NCBI RefSeq assembly: GCF_003918875.1
Contig: NW_025765154.1
Location: 124,001 to 188,000, forward strand
DNA from: Haliotis rubra
Lineage: Eukaryota
Direction of reading: 5' to 3'
Length of the DNA stretch: 64,000 nt
Part shown: one piece after another, positions 1 through 12,852 of the stretch
Layout of the letters: every line of letters starts with the position of its first letter
How positions within the stretch are numbered: position 1 is the first letter of the stretch
Translations under genes and position numbers: made by a program
The notes under the pieces: model-generated
Database searches by the model: none
What the model was told of the DNA's origin: nothing
The model's input: the letters and a program-made list of their open reading frames with translations, nothing else

Positions 1-7
1 AGATCTG

Positions 8-115
8 GATCCCAATCCACAAAGAATTCGTAACGTTACGACTTTGTGGTAACTCTTTAGTTTATCATATGCTTACGAATGCCGTAGCGCTACAAACGTT
101 TTGTGGATTGGGACC
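8..115. mobile_element. Palindromic MITE, Harbinger/PIF-like
   Basis: TIRs GATCCCAATCCACAAA / TTTGTGGATTGGGACC, flanked by CTG on both sides. Same family as 17783-17888. Confidence 0.8.
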
Positions 116-118
116 CTG

Positions 119-223
119 GGGCCCATTTCACAAAGCGATCGTAACACTACAACTGTCTTAAATCTATGTTAAAGTATGGGAAATACGATCATCTTAGCTA
201 CGATCCTTTTGTGAAACGGGGGC
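119..223. mobile_element. Palindromic MITE, Harbinger/PIF-like, abutting the previous one
   Basis: TIRs GGGCCCATTTCACAAA / TTTGTGAAACGGGGGC, flanked by CTG and CAG. Internal sequence related to 60430-60536. Confidence 0.8.
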
Positions 224-994
224 CAGCTTGGAGCACACAGAGTATCCAGGTAGTCACACCCAACACTTCACTATCATGTTTAAATGTAACGACAGTGATA
301 CTAGTAAGTACTTTGAAACCTTTCAGAATTTACATATTGCACATTTGGTTAAGTAAATCTATTGATCTTCCCATGTTGTCCATCAACTTACCCATGTCGT
401 GACGACATTGTTAGTTCCATTCGTAAATCAATCAGCTCAACAAACGTAAATAATTAATTTCACAATGGCAAATAAATAATGTTTCGTAACGAAACCAGAT
501 TATTAGAAAACTGTAATAAAAAATAACAACAAACTGTTCAAACAAAGACCTTGCAGCAGATTTGTAAGCATACATAATGACATGTCATAACAACTAAGGC
601 TGGATAAATAAACACTAAACTGGTTTTCAGGCAAGGGGGTGTGAAAAAGCATGTAAACCTTCTTAGATAAGACCATTTCATTTTTTTTTATGTGTTTCTC
701 ATCTTCATTCTCAACCTACAAGATAAATGGTGGGCAACAAAAAAGAACAGATAAAGAAACATTTTTCACTTAATGTGTAACTTATTTTACAACATTTTGA
801 AGTTCAGAATATTTGGAAATAGTCTTTAAAATACATTTATGATGAAGATTGAATTGTGATTCCTTGGAAACTAATTTTTAACAACCATAGCTGCAGAAAG
901 ATCCTATATTTTTTCCTTTTACCCGGTACATCGGGGCAAATTTCCTCAGCCCAAAGGAGAAAACTGAGATAACTTTGTATATTTCAAGTCTGAG

Positions 995-1155
995 TGAGTG
1001 AGTGTAGTTTTACGCCACTTTTAGCAATATTCCAGCAATATCACGGCAGGGGACACCAGAAATGGGCTTTACACATTGTACCCATGTGGGGAATTGAACC
1101 AGGGTCTTTGGCGTGATGAGCAAACGCTTTAACCACCAGGCTGCCCCACCGCCCC
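995..1155 (-). mobile_element. tRNA-derived SINE family A
   Basis: Pol III A-box/B-box head, tail GCTGGAATATTGCTAAAAG...(ACTC)n, TSD TTTCAAGTCTGAG. Confidence 0.9.
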
Positions 1156-4100
1156 TTTCAAGTCTGAGAAGTGAAACAGAAATGAATGAAGCCTGATGGA
1201 GGCTTTCATGAGGAGTGATTTCAGTGTGCAACAATGCCTGAGAACCAAGAGTGTTTTTAGCCTAAAAAAATTGACTATGCTTCCTACAATTACTCTTAAC
1301 TTGATACATCAAACTCTTTTGTTTAATAACAGTTGGAATTTGCTGATTCAACATGTTTTTATCCTTGATTCAATTTTAGTGACATTTAAACAAAATTCCA
1401 TTTTAGAATTGTAGGTTGACATTTCTCTATTTCAAAAACTAGAAACCTAGAATTCTAAAATGAAAGATTTTTCCAAAAGAAAAAACCCTTAATAAATGGC
1501 ATCATGAACCTAGAAGATATTTTTAAAATAATACCATCTCGAGCAAGAGTCAAGTCTTCATCCCCAATTAACAATTCAAATAAGCTGGCTTGGTAAAGGG
1601 AGACAACTTGCCAAACCTCAATAAAACCGGTGTTCCAGGAATTAACCTGTGGTAAGGAATCATCCAGGAGACAAACATCCTTACCACAAACTAAATATTG
1701 ACAACCCGTTCGGCTTTGAGACGGCACAGCTATCCTAGTCAGGTCGGGTTGGAGAAAACTGTATTCCCAGAGGCATGCAAACATTGCTTGCTTCACAAAT
1801 AGGTGTAAGAGGCAATGACAAATAGTACGATTCTCGCCCAGCTTCCGGCATGGGAGCTTGCCTAATGAGCTGTTTGATAGCTCACCTTGGTGGGGACCAG
1901 GTCATAGAACATTCACAAATATTTTTAAATTTCTTTGTTTTGTTTGATATTCAGTTATCAATGGCCTCCAAAACGGTAAATTCAATTATGACATACACAA
2001 AACTAAAATACTACATTACCTCTCAACACATTCTCGGATACAAAGATTTAAATTTCACATTTCATTTGCTGGTGACACGTACCCTATGAGGAGAATACAA
2101 CCCTGACTTTTTAATCGTGTGATATTTTCAGCACAGAGTTTGATTTACACTGCAATCTCACTTTAAATCCCAGACCATGCATGTACAAATTATAGCATCA
2201 GGTAATTGATACATGTTTTGTTTAAACTGAAGTCAATTCAGGTAACGCTTGACTCAATATTCAGCTCATTGTACAACCGAAGCACACAGACTTGGTGAAT
2301 TTAGAATGGGCGCGCGCGGCGTCATTTGCCAAAGTGACAGGATATGTCGCTCAAATACACACCCCTGGAGGAAATCTTCTACAAATTTGTTCAGGGCCAA
2401 ACCCACTCTTCTCACAGGTTTTTCAGAACATTGGATAAAACCTGTCAATCTGGTGAAATGTTCTTCCCTCCTCGCTGTGCATGCCTCCATGTCAGTGTAA
2501 AAGTAAAAACACTTCTCATGCCAAATATATTAGCAGAATTAACAACTTCATCGTTACATGCATAAACTTAATAGATGACGCCGTGACTTTTTGGGCGATA
2601 AATACAAACGGCAAAAATATTTTCACAGAGCCTTTCTCCTGAAACTTTAACCCGTTTTAGTTATTTTATCCATAAATCATCTTGAATTTTATATGAATAC
2701 ATATATAAATAGCAGCAGTAAATAATCGGAAGATTTTAGCAACCATCACAAAAACAGGGTTCTGAACAACAGTAACATTCGCAAACACAATTTCCTTCTC
2801 TTAAAACACATCTATCCACAAAACAGCAGAAATGGGTGCAGAGGTTTTGCGGTTGTTAACACAAGTCCTCTGTGAAAGAAATAATGATCTCTGCATGATC
2901 AGCATTTGTACATTGCTCTGCACAGTTTGGGAACTGAATAACATCAATCTGTTACATACACTGTACAGTGAATCTGCTAAAAGCATATAGAAAATAAAAC
3001 AAGGAAGTATCATTCGTCAGCAGAAATACACTTGGCACAATAATTATCTGTATTTGTTAATGTACAAATTGTCTTAAAGGGAGATAACTCTGTCCTCCAT
3101 ATCTTCACGGAAGCTTCCAAGACTCTTCTCTGCAATATATGCACAATATTGATTGCTCAAGACTACAAAGCAAGAACTAACTTTTATCACCATGGCAAGA
3201 TTGTATGAGACAGTTTACCATGACCTTTGCATTATCTATCATTATAAATCAATTGTTAAAACACCCACATCCAGTTCAGGAGTCTCAGTTCATTATAGGC
3301 TACTTCCAATATTTTATTAGTTTTGATTTGATGAACTAATTCATGAAGTGATCACAAGTAAAATTATTATAATTCCTTTCATATACATTTTAGAAACAAT
3401 ATAATGATAATAACAACCTACAACCGTCTATTTCAGTCAGTTGACATCATAACGTTTATAGCATATGAAATATTGGTTGACATTTCCTGTGCTGTATATA
3501 TGAATATATACAACCCTGTTGGGTAAAAGTCTGACTAGCACACTCATGACAATGATACAAAGTTTAACTTAATATCAAAAAGGTAGTATTTCTCAAGGTG
3601 ACTATTTCACAATTCTGTCCAATTTCACACTTAAAACCATTCAAATCTAATTCAAAACTTCAAAACATGAAATCATGTCTATTCTTGAATATTTTCTTGA
3701 CAGTTCTTAAAACACACTTTTGACCAAGTAACCATGATGGTCTGTGATCACTAAATAATCCTTGTTAATCTGTAAAAGCACTAAAATCATTGCTAGTATT
3801 TCTGGTTACTTTCACTTTTCTGTTTTTTCTAATGTTGTTCGAAACAGTGAAAATTTTCTAATCAGAACTAATCTAAGCTTCTACATTCATCTTCATAGAA
3901 GGAAGCATCTGTATTTAAATATTGGATACAAAAAGTGGTATAAAAAGTGGACCAAATTGTGTACAACCATGAACATTTTGTAACATATCACAATAGACAG
4001 AAATATATCTACATTGTATACAGATATATAACAATGTTGTCATGGTTTGATTGACAGGTCACATGTCACCACGGAAATGTACATAACCATGTTATAAATC

Positions 4101-4804
4101 GCATAACACACCCATCAGAAGTTACACAATACACAACAGATGATGCATTACATGTATATATCAAAATATCACCCCTTTGCCCCTTTAAGTACATTACATG
4201 AAGGACACACACCATGTTGAAGCCTGTCAGCGGTTAGAGCCAAGACCTTGGCAAGTTGTCGAGCTGTGTTTAACACATCTTTGAATAGTATTTCTGGTTT
4301 ATCACTAGTGTTTTGGCTAAGCAATGGAGGAGTGAAGGTTATAGACTTTCACTGTTCTTGTGAATCCTCACTATGGGTTTTCTCTTGAAAGACCAAGGAT
4401 CATTACTCAGGAGAGCGTGGAATGGAATTCAAAACAATGACAGCAGATCCTGGTACAAAAAGGGACACGACTCTGAACAGTGAATTATGATGCTGTTGAC
4501 CACTGTGATATCTGCATTGTTGTTTCAACACAAATACACAGGACTTAAACATCTCAATTTTAGGTAACAGCCATCATTAAAATCCAAAGAACATTATTTC
4601 AAAATTTTTAATGCAGTTAGTGTATCTGCCAAGTTCTTGGTTCCAAACATTAACAAGTATTATCAAGTTCCTGTGAGACTTTAGACATGATGAATTATCA
4701 TAAATGAGTAAAATACAAGTGTTTAGACAGGTTCCTCAAACTAAGTTCCTTCCAAAAATATTACACAGTATCACAGCTGCATATGACATTTTTTTAAACA
4801 GGGG

Positions 4805-5254
4805 CAGTGTCAAAGGCTACATTGATAATTTTGCTTTTCAGCCCTACTGAAAATATCTATGAAGAACAGGAAACAGCTGTGTTTTTTGCAAACTACAATC
4901 TATGATGGACCATAATTTATGGCAAGGGGGTTGATGCTGATATGGGGGAAGAAATCAATTTTGTACACATGAGTTTGTACATGAGTAAGTGATTATGGTT
5001 TTACGCCGCTTTTAGCAATATTCCAGCAACATCATGGCAGGGGACACCAGAATTTGGCTCACACTGTACCCATATGGGGAATCGAACCCGGGTCTACAGC
5101 CTGTCGAACAAACACTTTAACCACTAGAGGAGGAAGGGGGCGGCACATTCACATTGTACATGCTACTCCATAAAAATCATCATCCCCTAAGCTATAAATT
5201 ATGTACAACCCCTATCAATGATAAATATATTCAGCTATGTAGCCTTTGATACAG
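4805..5254. mobile_element. Nested elements: outer TIR element, inner TIR MITE (~4900-5214) and a SINE A (~4982-5127)
   Basis: Outer inverted pair CAGTGTCAAAGGCTACAT / ATGTAGCCTTTGATACAG. Inner pair CATAATTTATGGC..GGGG.TGATG / CATCATCCCC..GCTATAAATTATG. SINE A body in the middle. Confidence 0.6.
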
Positions 5255-5993
5255 TCATGGGGAATATCAACGTGATATTTCATTGTATCTTGTCACCGAC
5301 TCAACACATTCAGCATCAATAGTGGTCTTGTTGAGTTCACATAGCGCAGTAATATTTCAAGGCTCGAAATATCTGCGTTCATGAACTTTCTTTGGCATCA
5401 ATCTAGCGGGCAACATGTGGTTACTGTTAGTCTAAGCAGTTGATATATTGAGCAGTTTGTATAATTTCCCATATTACTTGAATATGTGGCAATGAAATTT
5501 CACCTCTACACAAAAGAAGACATAAGTCTTGAGACATTACAATGCCAATGTACAATCTATCCTTGCTCCCAATCAGACAAAAATCAACTTCAAATACAAC
5601 AACTTATTTCTTCAAAAACCAGGCTGAGGTTAGAAGATGATGTAGATATTATCTCTGCTTATATATGTCAACAAATTGATCATCAAACAAACTGGACAGA
5701 ACTATCCTTGTGTAAAACTCAAATGGAAGCAACCAATCAGCAGCAGGGTCAAAGGTCACTCATGTTAGCCATTTTTCTTTCATGGCAAAAAAGCGGGCAG
5801 TGTCATCACAAACGATAGCTGGTCCACCATCTTGGAATCACAGGCAGCAGTAGATAATGTTTTCCTCATGACTAAGTTCCAGCAGAAGAAACTACTTTCT
5901 TGATCACTAATCATAGGGGCTCTGGACTCCAGACGACGGGCTGGTGGTCCAGTGAGGTTATCACACACGGATGACACCTAATGTCGACCATCC

Positions 5994-6130
5994 TCAAAGT
6001 TGGGTAATAAAGTCTCGATTCATCGGTACAGTGAGAAGAGGAGGCGGCCATTTTGTTGCGGTCATCCTGGGCAACAGACTTGTAGGTCTGGTTAGGGGTG
6101 ATGCACAGCCATCAGGCTTATTTACACAAC
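5994..6130 (-). other. Start of terminal exon (3' UTR of the full-length isoform; possible alternative 45-aa C-terminus)
   Basis: Strong acceptor tgttctttgtctttcag|G at 6131/6130 pairs with the donor AG|gtaaga 2 nt after the KLF stop codon. The 3' UTR end is undetermined; a candidate minus-strand AATAAA is at 3313-3318. Confidence 0.6.
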
Positions 6131-6597
6131 CTGAAAGACAAAGAACATCATTAATTACCAAATAGGAACAGAATATAACATGTCAGAGCGTAAAAATACC
6201 CGTACTGACTATCTTCAGAAATAAATTCCAATTGGTGTCAAGAGCAAAATTATTGTGAAAATCATAAAAAGGGACCTATGAACATCAGTGATGACACCAG
6301 ATGTTCATGAAAAGGGTAAGCGAACTGATTTGATAAAAACATCATATCTCTTTTGTGGATAACAGGGATTCTTTCAGTTCAAGGTGATGTGTGAGTGTGT
6401 TTTAATGCTTCTTTAAACAATATTTCAGCTGTACAATGATTCTGTCTGTTTGCTAGTGACAATTGTGTTACATAAAAATACCTTGCATAAACAGGAACTG
6501 ATCATCAGCCAATAATTACTTAAGAAATTAATCTATTTAATTAACCAGATTTTTGTTTATTGCTAGTTGCTATAGGGTGACAACAAATAGATTTCAG

Positions 6598-6692
6598 GGT
6601 CCCGTTTCACAAAGCTCTCATAAGCCTAAGATCGTAACTTTTCTCATAGCATTCGTACCTCCTATACTGTAACATAGGAGGTACGAATGCTA
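6598..6692. mobile_element. Truncated palindromic MITE (24491-24638 family)
   Basis: CAG|GGTCCCGTTTCACAAAG left end and central hairpin present; right arm missing. Confidence 0.75.
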
Positions 6693-8018
6693 TCACATCA
6701 CTGTCTGGTTACTGAACATGTGATGAGGGAAAATCGGAACTCCTGAGACATCATCATCGACTTATTCTTCTTAAAGATCCTGCATAGACAGGGGTCAGGT
6801 ACCCCAAACACTGGTCAAGTCCTGAAAGCGGGAATTGTGTTGGTTGAGTACGCGTCTGCCTGATTAAATCTGTGCAAACTGGACAACAGGGTGTAGCCAT
6901 CTACTCTGTTGTCTCAGAAAGGTGAAGGCCATTGTCTGAACGTGTCCACAACAGTGGTCATCAACAACTGACCTAATGAGCTGGGCTCAACTCCCCAACA
7001 CCAGTGTCAACACTTAGACAGAAGCACGAACCTCCACAAATCGCCTATGGCAAAACCTTAACTGCACTACAGCTTTCACACAATGCATTGTGGGTGGGGA
7101 AACTTTCGACTAAACATCAATCAGAGACCAATTATAATCACTCCTACGCTAATTCTAAACCAATTATTTATCCCAAGAAGATAAAACAAACAGGATCAAA
7201 GCAAAAGCAAGGGAAGGTAACTCTCTGGGTCAAATAGGGAGGGACCACCATGTTGGTCCAAGAAGGGTGTGACGGGTGAGTTTGCATCAATGAGTACGGG
7301 CTGGCACACCTGCACTCTGGTGCTCAGATCGTAATTAAATGCACACAAATTCCCGGCAAAAAACAAACAACGACTCTCTGCCTAAAACATGTTTCATTTA
7401 GGTCAGCCACCTCGTCTTCCCTTTCTGAGTTTTAACAAGTTTTTTGGGTGGCTCTGGAAAAGCCGTAATTCTACATCCATCACACTTTTGAACACCTATG
7501 TATGTCAAAGATACGTCTCGTAAAATATCAATAAACTTGAATGCATGGATATGTTTTTCACTACGACATACACTAACACTGATCTTATTCAATTTTTCAG
7601 TCATCTACTTACTGTGTTAAACATCTAGATATTTAGGGTGAGGGTTAGGTTGGGACCTGGACGTATTGTTATAATATGCTTGTGTTTGAAGGAAGAAAGC
7701 AAAACTAGTAACTGATGCAGATACTACACCTCATGAGTTAGCCCAATGTGTTCTCTTTCACGGACCTTAGAGTACATACTTAACAGAACAACCAACCCAT
7801 TCTATCTGTCAAGCATGGGTTGCTGAACAACAATTACAACCCGGATCTTCACGGGTCCACATAGAAATGTGAATGCAGTTGTGCATTCGACAGCCTGTAC
7901 AATTTCTAGTGAGTGAGTGAGTTTTACGCCGCTTTGACCAATATTCCAGCAATATCATGGTGGGGGGGACACAAGAAATGGACCTCCCACACTGTAAGGA
8001 ATCGAACACGGGTCTTCA

Positions 8019-8361
8019 GCGTGACAAGCGAATGCTTTAACCACCGCCCTGTACAGTTTCTAGACTTCTTTAAGTGTCAGCTCTCTGAGATACCACGTCA
8101 GTTTAACAGGAATACCAACTCAGCTGCATGATACTGCGTGACGAGCGAACGCTTTAACCACCGCCCCATACAGTTTCTAGACTTCTTTAAGTGTCAGCTC
8201 TGAGATACCACGTCAGTTTAACAGGAATACCAACTCAGTTGCATGATACTGCGTGACGAGCGAACGCTTGAACCACCGCCCCATACAGTTTCTAGACTTC
8301 TTTAAGTGTCAGCTCTGAGATACATCAGTTTAACAGGAATACCAACTCAGCTGTATGATAC
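8019..8361. repeat. Three tandem copies (115-117 bp) of a SINE head plus flanking DNA
   Basis: Unit GCGTGAC.AGCGAA.GCTT.AACCACCGCCC..TACAGTTTCTAGAC...CAG.TG.ATGATAC starts at 8019, 8136 and 8251, next to a SINE A at ~7908-8050. Confidence 0.9.
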
Positions 8362-8508
8362 GGACCAAAACCTGGCCATTTCTTGTTTTATCTTCTAATG
8401 CCTCCCGGCTGGGCAACAACAAGTACCATTTTCTAACGTCTTTCAGTATGTCTATAAAAAATTGAATTCCTTCACAAAATTAAAAAAATAATCTGATTGT
8501 TCTTACCT

Positions 8509-8748
<240 letters not shown>

Positions 8749-8756
8749 TCATATTC

Positions 8757-8986
8757 TTTGTTGTTTAACGCTGCACTCAGCAATATTCCAGGTGCATGGT
8801 GGCAGTCTGTAAATAATCGAGACCAGACAATCCAGTGATCAACAGCATGAGCATCAATCTACGCAACTGGGATACGATGACATGTGTCAACCCAGTCAGC
8901 GAGCCTGACCACCCGATCCCGTCAGTCGTCTCTTATGAAAAGTATGGGTTACTAAAGATCAATTCTAACCCACATCTTCACGGGTC
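8757..8986 (-). mobile_element. SINE-like family B
   Basis: 5' GACCCGTGAAG... head, body TGATCACTGGATTGTCTGGTC, shared GAATATTGCTG tail. Confidence 0.85.
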
Positions 8987-10210
8987 ATAAATATTCAATA
9001 ACTGCAGGAAATATTGAAGTGAAGTCTTACAAAACCAAAATACCGATGACAGATGTTCCAAACTGTTTCAAAGCATATCACATTACATGATACTTTGATC
9101 ATGATATGGTATTTGTCATACTAAATTCAAGGCAATTTTGTGACAATTGTTCAATATTTCATAGGGCAGACACACAATTAACTGCATATCAAATCTCATA
9201 TTTGAAAAAATGTGTTTCATTTTATCAAAAACTTAATTTCAGATAAAACTAAACTTTCAACTTTAGTTAGAATATGCCAAGAACCACCTGACATCAAGTT
9301 TCAATTTTGTCTACAACCCAGCCCCTAAAAGTACATAGGGTGCGGTCAAATGAATACTTCCTTCGGGCTTATTCTGGGGGCTTGTGTCAATGCAAAGACT
9401 GGATGCAATACAGAAAACATGGCAAAGTTGACGCAAATGTGAGTAAATACAAGCAACAGAATGTAACACTACTTGAGTGAACACCAAGCTTAACGAGTAC
9501 TTCATCCTCTTTCCTTTCAGCCGACAAAATCCTCTGAAAACTGTTTCACTCTCGGCTATATGCAGTGGAAATGTATGTGTACAAAATGAAGACATATCTG
9601 AATGTTAAAAAGGTAATTTGTACTTGTGGAGGCGTCAGGAGACTACACATATTCAGTTTCTATTTGAGTTTGATATTTACTCAGTACACACCAATACAGC
9701 GAAGGCTTAACTAAGGAAATTATAATTCAACAACGTTATCCCTTTAAGTGTTTGAACTACGAGCAATGAATCATGTTCGTTAGAAAATGCTTTCGATTGT
9801 AATTTTTTTACAACTAATTCATTGGGTAACTCAAATTATTAATCAAAACAATTTTGGTTTAAAAAGTAACCACGTTAAGAAGTATTTGAATACTGATAAT
9901 AAATCTTTACTATTTATTTTGTTTTAGATAACACAAAAAAGGAATTTATCTTAAGACGCTGAATACAAAATGAAGTTTTCCCTTTCAAAACACTCCTTTT
10001 ACTAATGTTAAGGTTCACAGAAACCTGACAGACTGAAATCTCCAAAATAACATTTTGTTTACTAAAATCTTTATATAAGTACTAGAATCAAAGAACTTAA
10101 AACTCTCACAAATATTTGCCCTTAAACGCGTCAGTATGTTTGAAAATCCTGGGCCTGTTTGCAGAGAGCCAACTTCATTGCAACTGTTGCAAATATTGTC
10201 AAAGCACATG

Positions 10211-10445
10211 CACCCATGAAGATCTGGGTTAGAATATTGATCTTCAGTAACCCATGTCGTAAGAGGCGACTAACAGGATCGGGTGGTCAGGCTCGCTGAC
10301 TTGGTTGACACATGTCATCGGTTCCCAATTGTGTAGATCGATGCTCATGCTGTTGATCACTGGATTGTCTGGTCCAGATTCGATTATTTACAGACCGCCA
10401 CCATATAGCTGGAATATTGCTGAGAGCGGCGTAAAACTAACAACA
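10211..10445 (+). mobile_element. SINE-like family B
   Basis: ACCCATGAAGATCTGGGTTAGAATATTGATCTTCAG...GTCGTAAGAGGCGACTAA...GCTGGAATATTGCTGAG. Confidence 0.9.
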
Positions 10446-10634
10446 GTTAGTTAAAGCACATGCCTGACAACAGTCATGTCGTAAGATCGTTTTGTGAAAG
10501 TGGATGACAGTTGCATGGTGTGAGAGAGAGGGTCCAGCTGTCTACAGTCCACACACGGTTACGTGTGCTGAATCCAACCCACGAAGTTGTAGTATGGTGG
10601 TATCAGTTCGTGTGAGAGTTACTTGCATTAATAG

Positions 10635-10795
10635 TGAGTGAGTACGGTTTTATGCCGCTTTTAGCAATATTCCAGCGATATCACAGCAGGGGACACCAGA
10701 AATGGGCTTCACACATTGTACCCATGTGGGGAATCAAACCCGGATCTTCGGTGTAACTAGCAAATGCTTTAACCACAAGGCTACCACATCGCCCC
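10635..10795 (-). mobile_element. SINE family A
   Basis: Full length, TSD TGCATTAATAG. Confidence 0.9.
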
Positions 10796-11604
10796 TGCAT
10801 TAATAGCAGGGTGTACAAAATTGAATGGTGGATACATCATGACACAGAAGGCGAAAGGAGTTGAATTACAAAAAACTCCACACGCCTGACTATTGTAACA
10901 AAATATCATCATTACTGACCGGTCATTATTCCTATACATATTCTTCAGAAGTTAATATCACAAGTGCAATTGAAGTAACATTTAACAAAAACACCTTCAT
11001 GTAACAAAAATTGAATAACTAAAAATAGCATTTGCCTTAAACTTGAAAAAAGTGTTAATACGAAAATAATAATTTTACTATGCTGGGTGAAATAATGCTG
11101 TAACTATTTCTTTGTCAGCAAATATTCCCAGCTCTAACTAGGTCCCTCCGTTTCCATCCTTATCCTGAACAACTATTCTCATTCACTGAACGCAAAAAAT
11201 ATCCAAATTTTGACACTCTCTTCCCATCTAACGGAGTCTTCCTTTGACTGTCTGTATAACCAGTTAATAATTTACAAACTAACGTCAAAGCATACAATCG
11301 AGTAGACAGCTGTCATTCTCGCTGCAACTGCTGGGGGCGGAACAGCACACAGTCATCGTAACACCTTGACATTCTCAGTAGATGGCTGAACAAACACATT
11401 CGACAGATTCAGGGGGACCAATTCAATACAGGTGGTTTCAAGACTGCTCTCGCATACTGGCATCATTGTTAACTTGGCTGAATACCCTCTTGAAGTAATA
11501 TTACACACATGACTGGTATGTTACGGTTTCATCGCACTTTAACACAGACCTGGATTTGGTCAGCTGGCAGGTTGGATTCAAAGCATTCAAAACATGCCTG
11601 GTAA

Positions 11605-11838
11605 TAGTTTGTTTGTTTGTAGTTTGTTTGTTTGCAATCAGAAATATTCCAGCTATATGGCAGTGGTCTGTAAATAATTAAGTCTGGATCAGACAATCCT
11701 GTGATCAACAGCATGAGCATCGATCAACGCAACTGGGATACGATGACAGGTGTCAACTAGGTCAGCAAGCCTGACCATCCAAACTCATTAGTCGCTGAGT
11801 TTCTGAAGACCAATTCTAACCCATATCGTCATGGGTAT
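11605..11838 (-). mobile_element. SINE-like family B with (AAAC)n tail
   Basis: Diverged copy of the family B consensus. Confidence 0.8.
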
Positions 11839-11910
11839 CTTTAAATATAGTCATCACTGTAAAAGAAAGCCCCTACGATATCCCAGGCAAACAAAATCAG
11901 TGTTGCTCAC

Positions 11911-12092
11911 CTGTATGTGTTCTTCGATGTGCTTTTAAGTGAGAGCTCTTTGTGTAAACCTTCATGCAGCCTTCAAAGTCACATCGATGGACTCTCCGTT
12001 TTTTCTGACTGTCTGAGTAGGGATCTGTCTTACTAACCATTGTCACCGGGTAGGAACTCTTTGGCCCTCCATTTTCTAAATATTTGAACTGC
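11911..12092 (-). CDS. KLF12: KLF zinc finger 1 exon (QFKYLENGG...[32 protein letters not shown])
   Basis: Acceptor ttctgtttttcag|, donor ACAG|gtgagc. Basic NLS followed by C2H2 ZF1; [23 protein letters not shown] is the KLF3/8/12 type. Confidence 0.95.
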
Positions 12093-12761
12093 CTGAAAAA
12101 CAGAAATGGATTTTAAGAACAGCCCTCTTGAAAGCGGTGCTTAAATGCCATGTTAGCATTCAAAACATGCAATGTCCATGTTATGACTCTTCAGCAGAAA
12201 TATTAGTAGATTTTGCAAACTAAAATAATTTATTCGTGAAGTATGAGTTGAAATGCACTTAGAGAATGAATAATAAGTAAGCATAAGATTGGCCTTCTGT
12301 CATCTGAATACAGACATTGTGAGAATAACTGCCCACAAAATATTGATGACCCATTAATTTTAAGTAAGTGTGTGAACACATACTATTACTTAACAAATTA
12401 AGAGAATCTAACTGTGAATTGTGAAGTCGAATATATTTTCACTTACTACAATAAGAGCAGCAAATTGACAGTATCAAGGTAAAACATATATATTACATAA
12501 CATATAATCCAGCTTAATTAATTCATTTATTAAAACCAATCATATTCTGACATGCTTGAGAAAATTCAAATTCAACACATACAACTGGACACACATGAGC
12601 CTGTTTTAAAAAAAATGGAACATTTTTACAATGCGAGTTTATTACCGAGGTCTGTGATGGTACGACCTAAACATTCACAAACTTGGCTCGACCATCTTTT
12701 CAGTTCCTCTTGCACATCTACTTACTACAATAATCTGGAGGAAGACACATTTGTCACTTAC

Positions 12762-12852
12762 TCGGATGCTTCTTTTATCCTCCTCAGAGACAGAAGAGCT
12801 GCGGAGCCGATTTTATTGACAGATTCGACAGAGACATTCGGGTGATCTTCAT
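12762..12852 (-). CDS. KLF12: KLF linker exon ((D)EDHPNVSVESVNKIGSAALLSLRRIKEAS(E))
   Basis: Acceptor ttgtcttgcag|, donor GA|gtaagt, 91 nt. Phase 1 in and phase 2 out exactly bridge the PVDLS exon and the ZF1 exon with no stop. Confidence 0.75.

Noticed and set aside
1455-2500. 113-aa and 74-aa ORFs in GC-richer patches
   Set aside because: No family similarity I can recognise; more likely UTR, regulatory or old transposon sequence.
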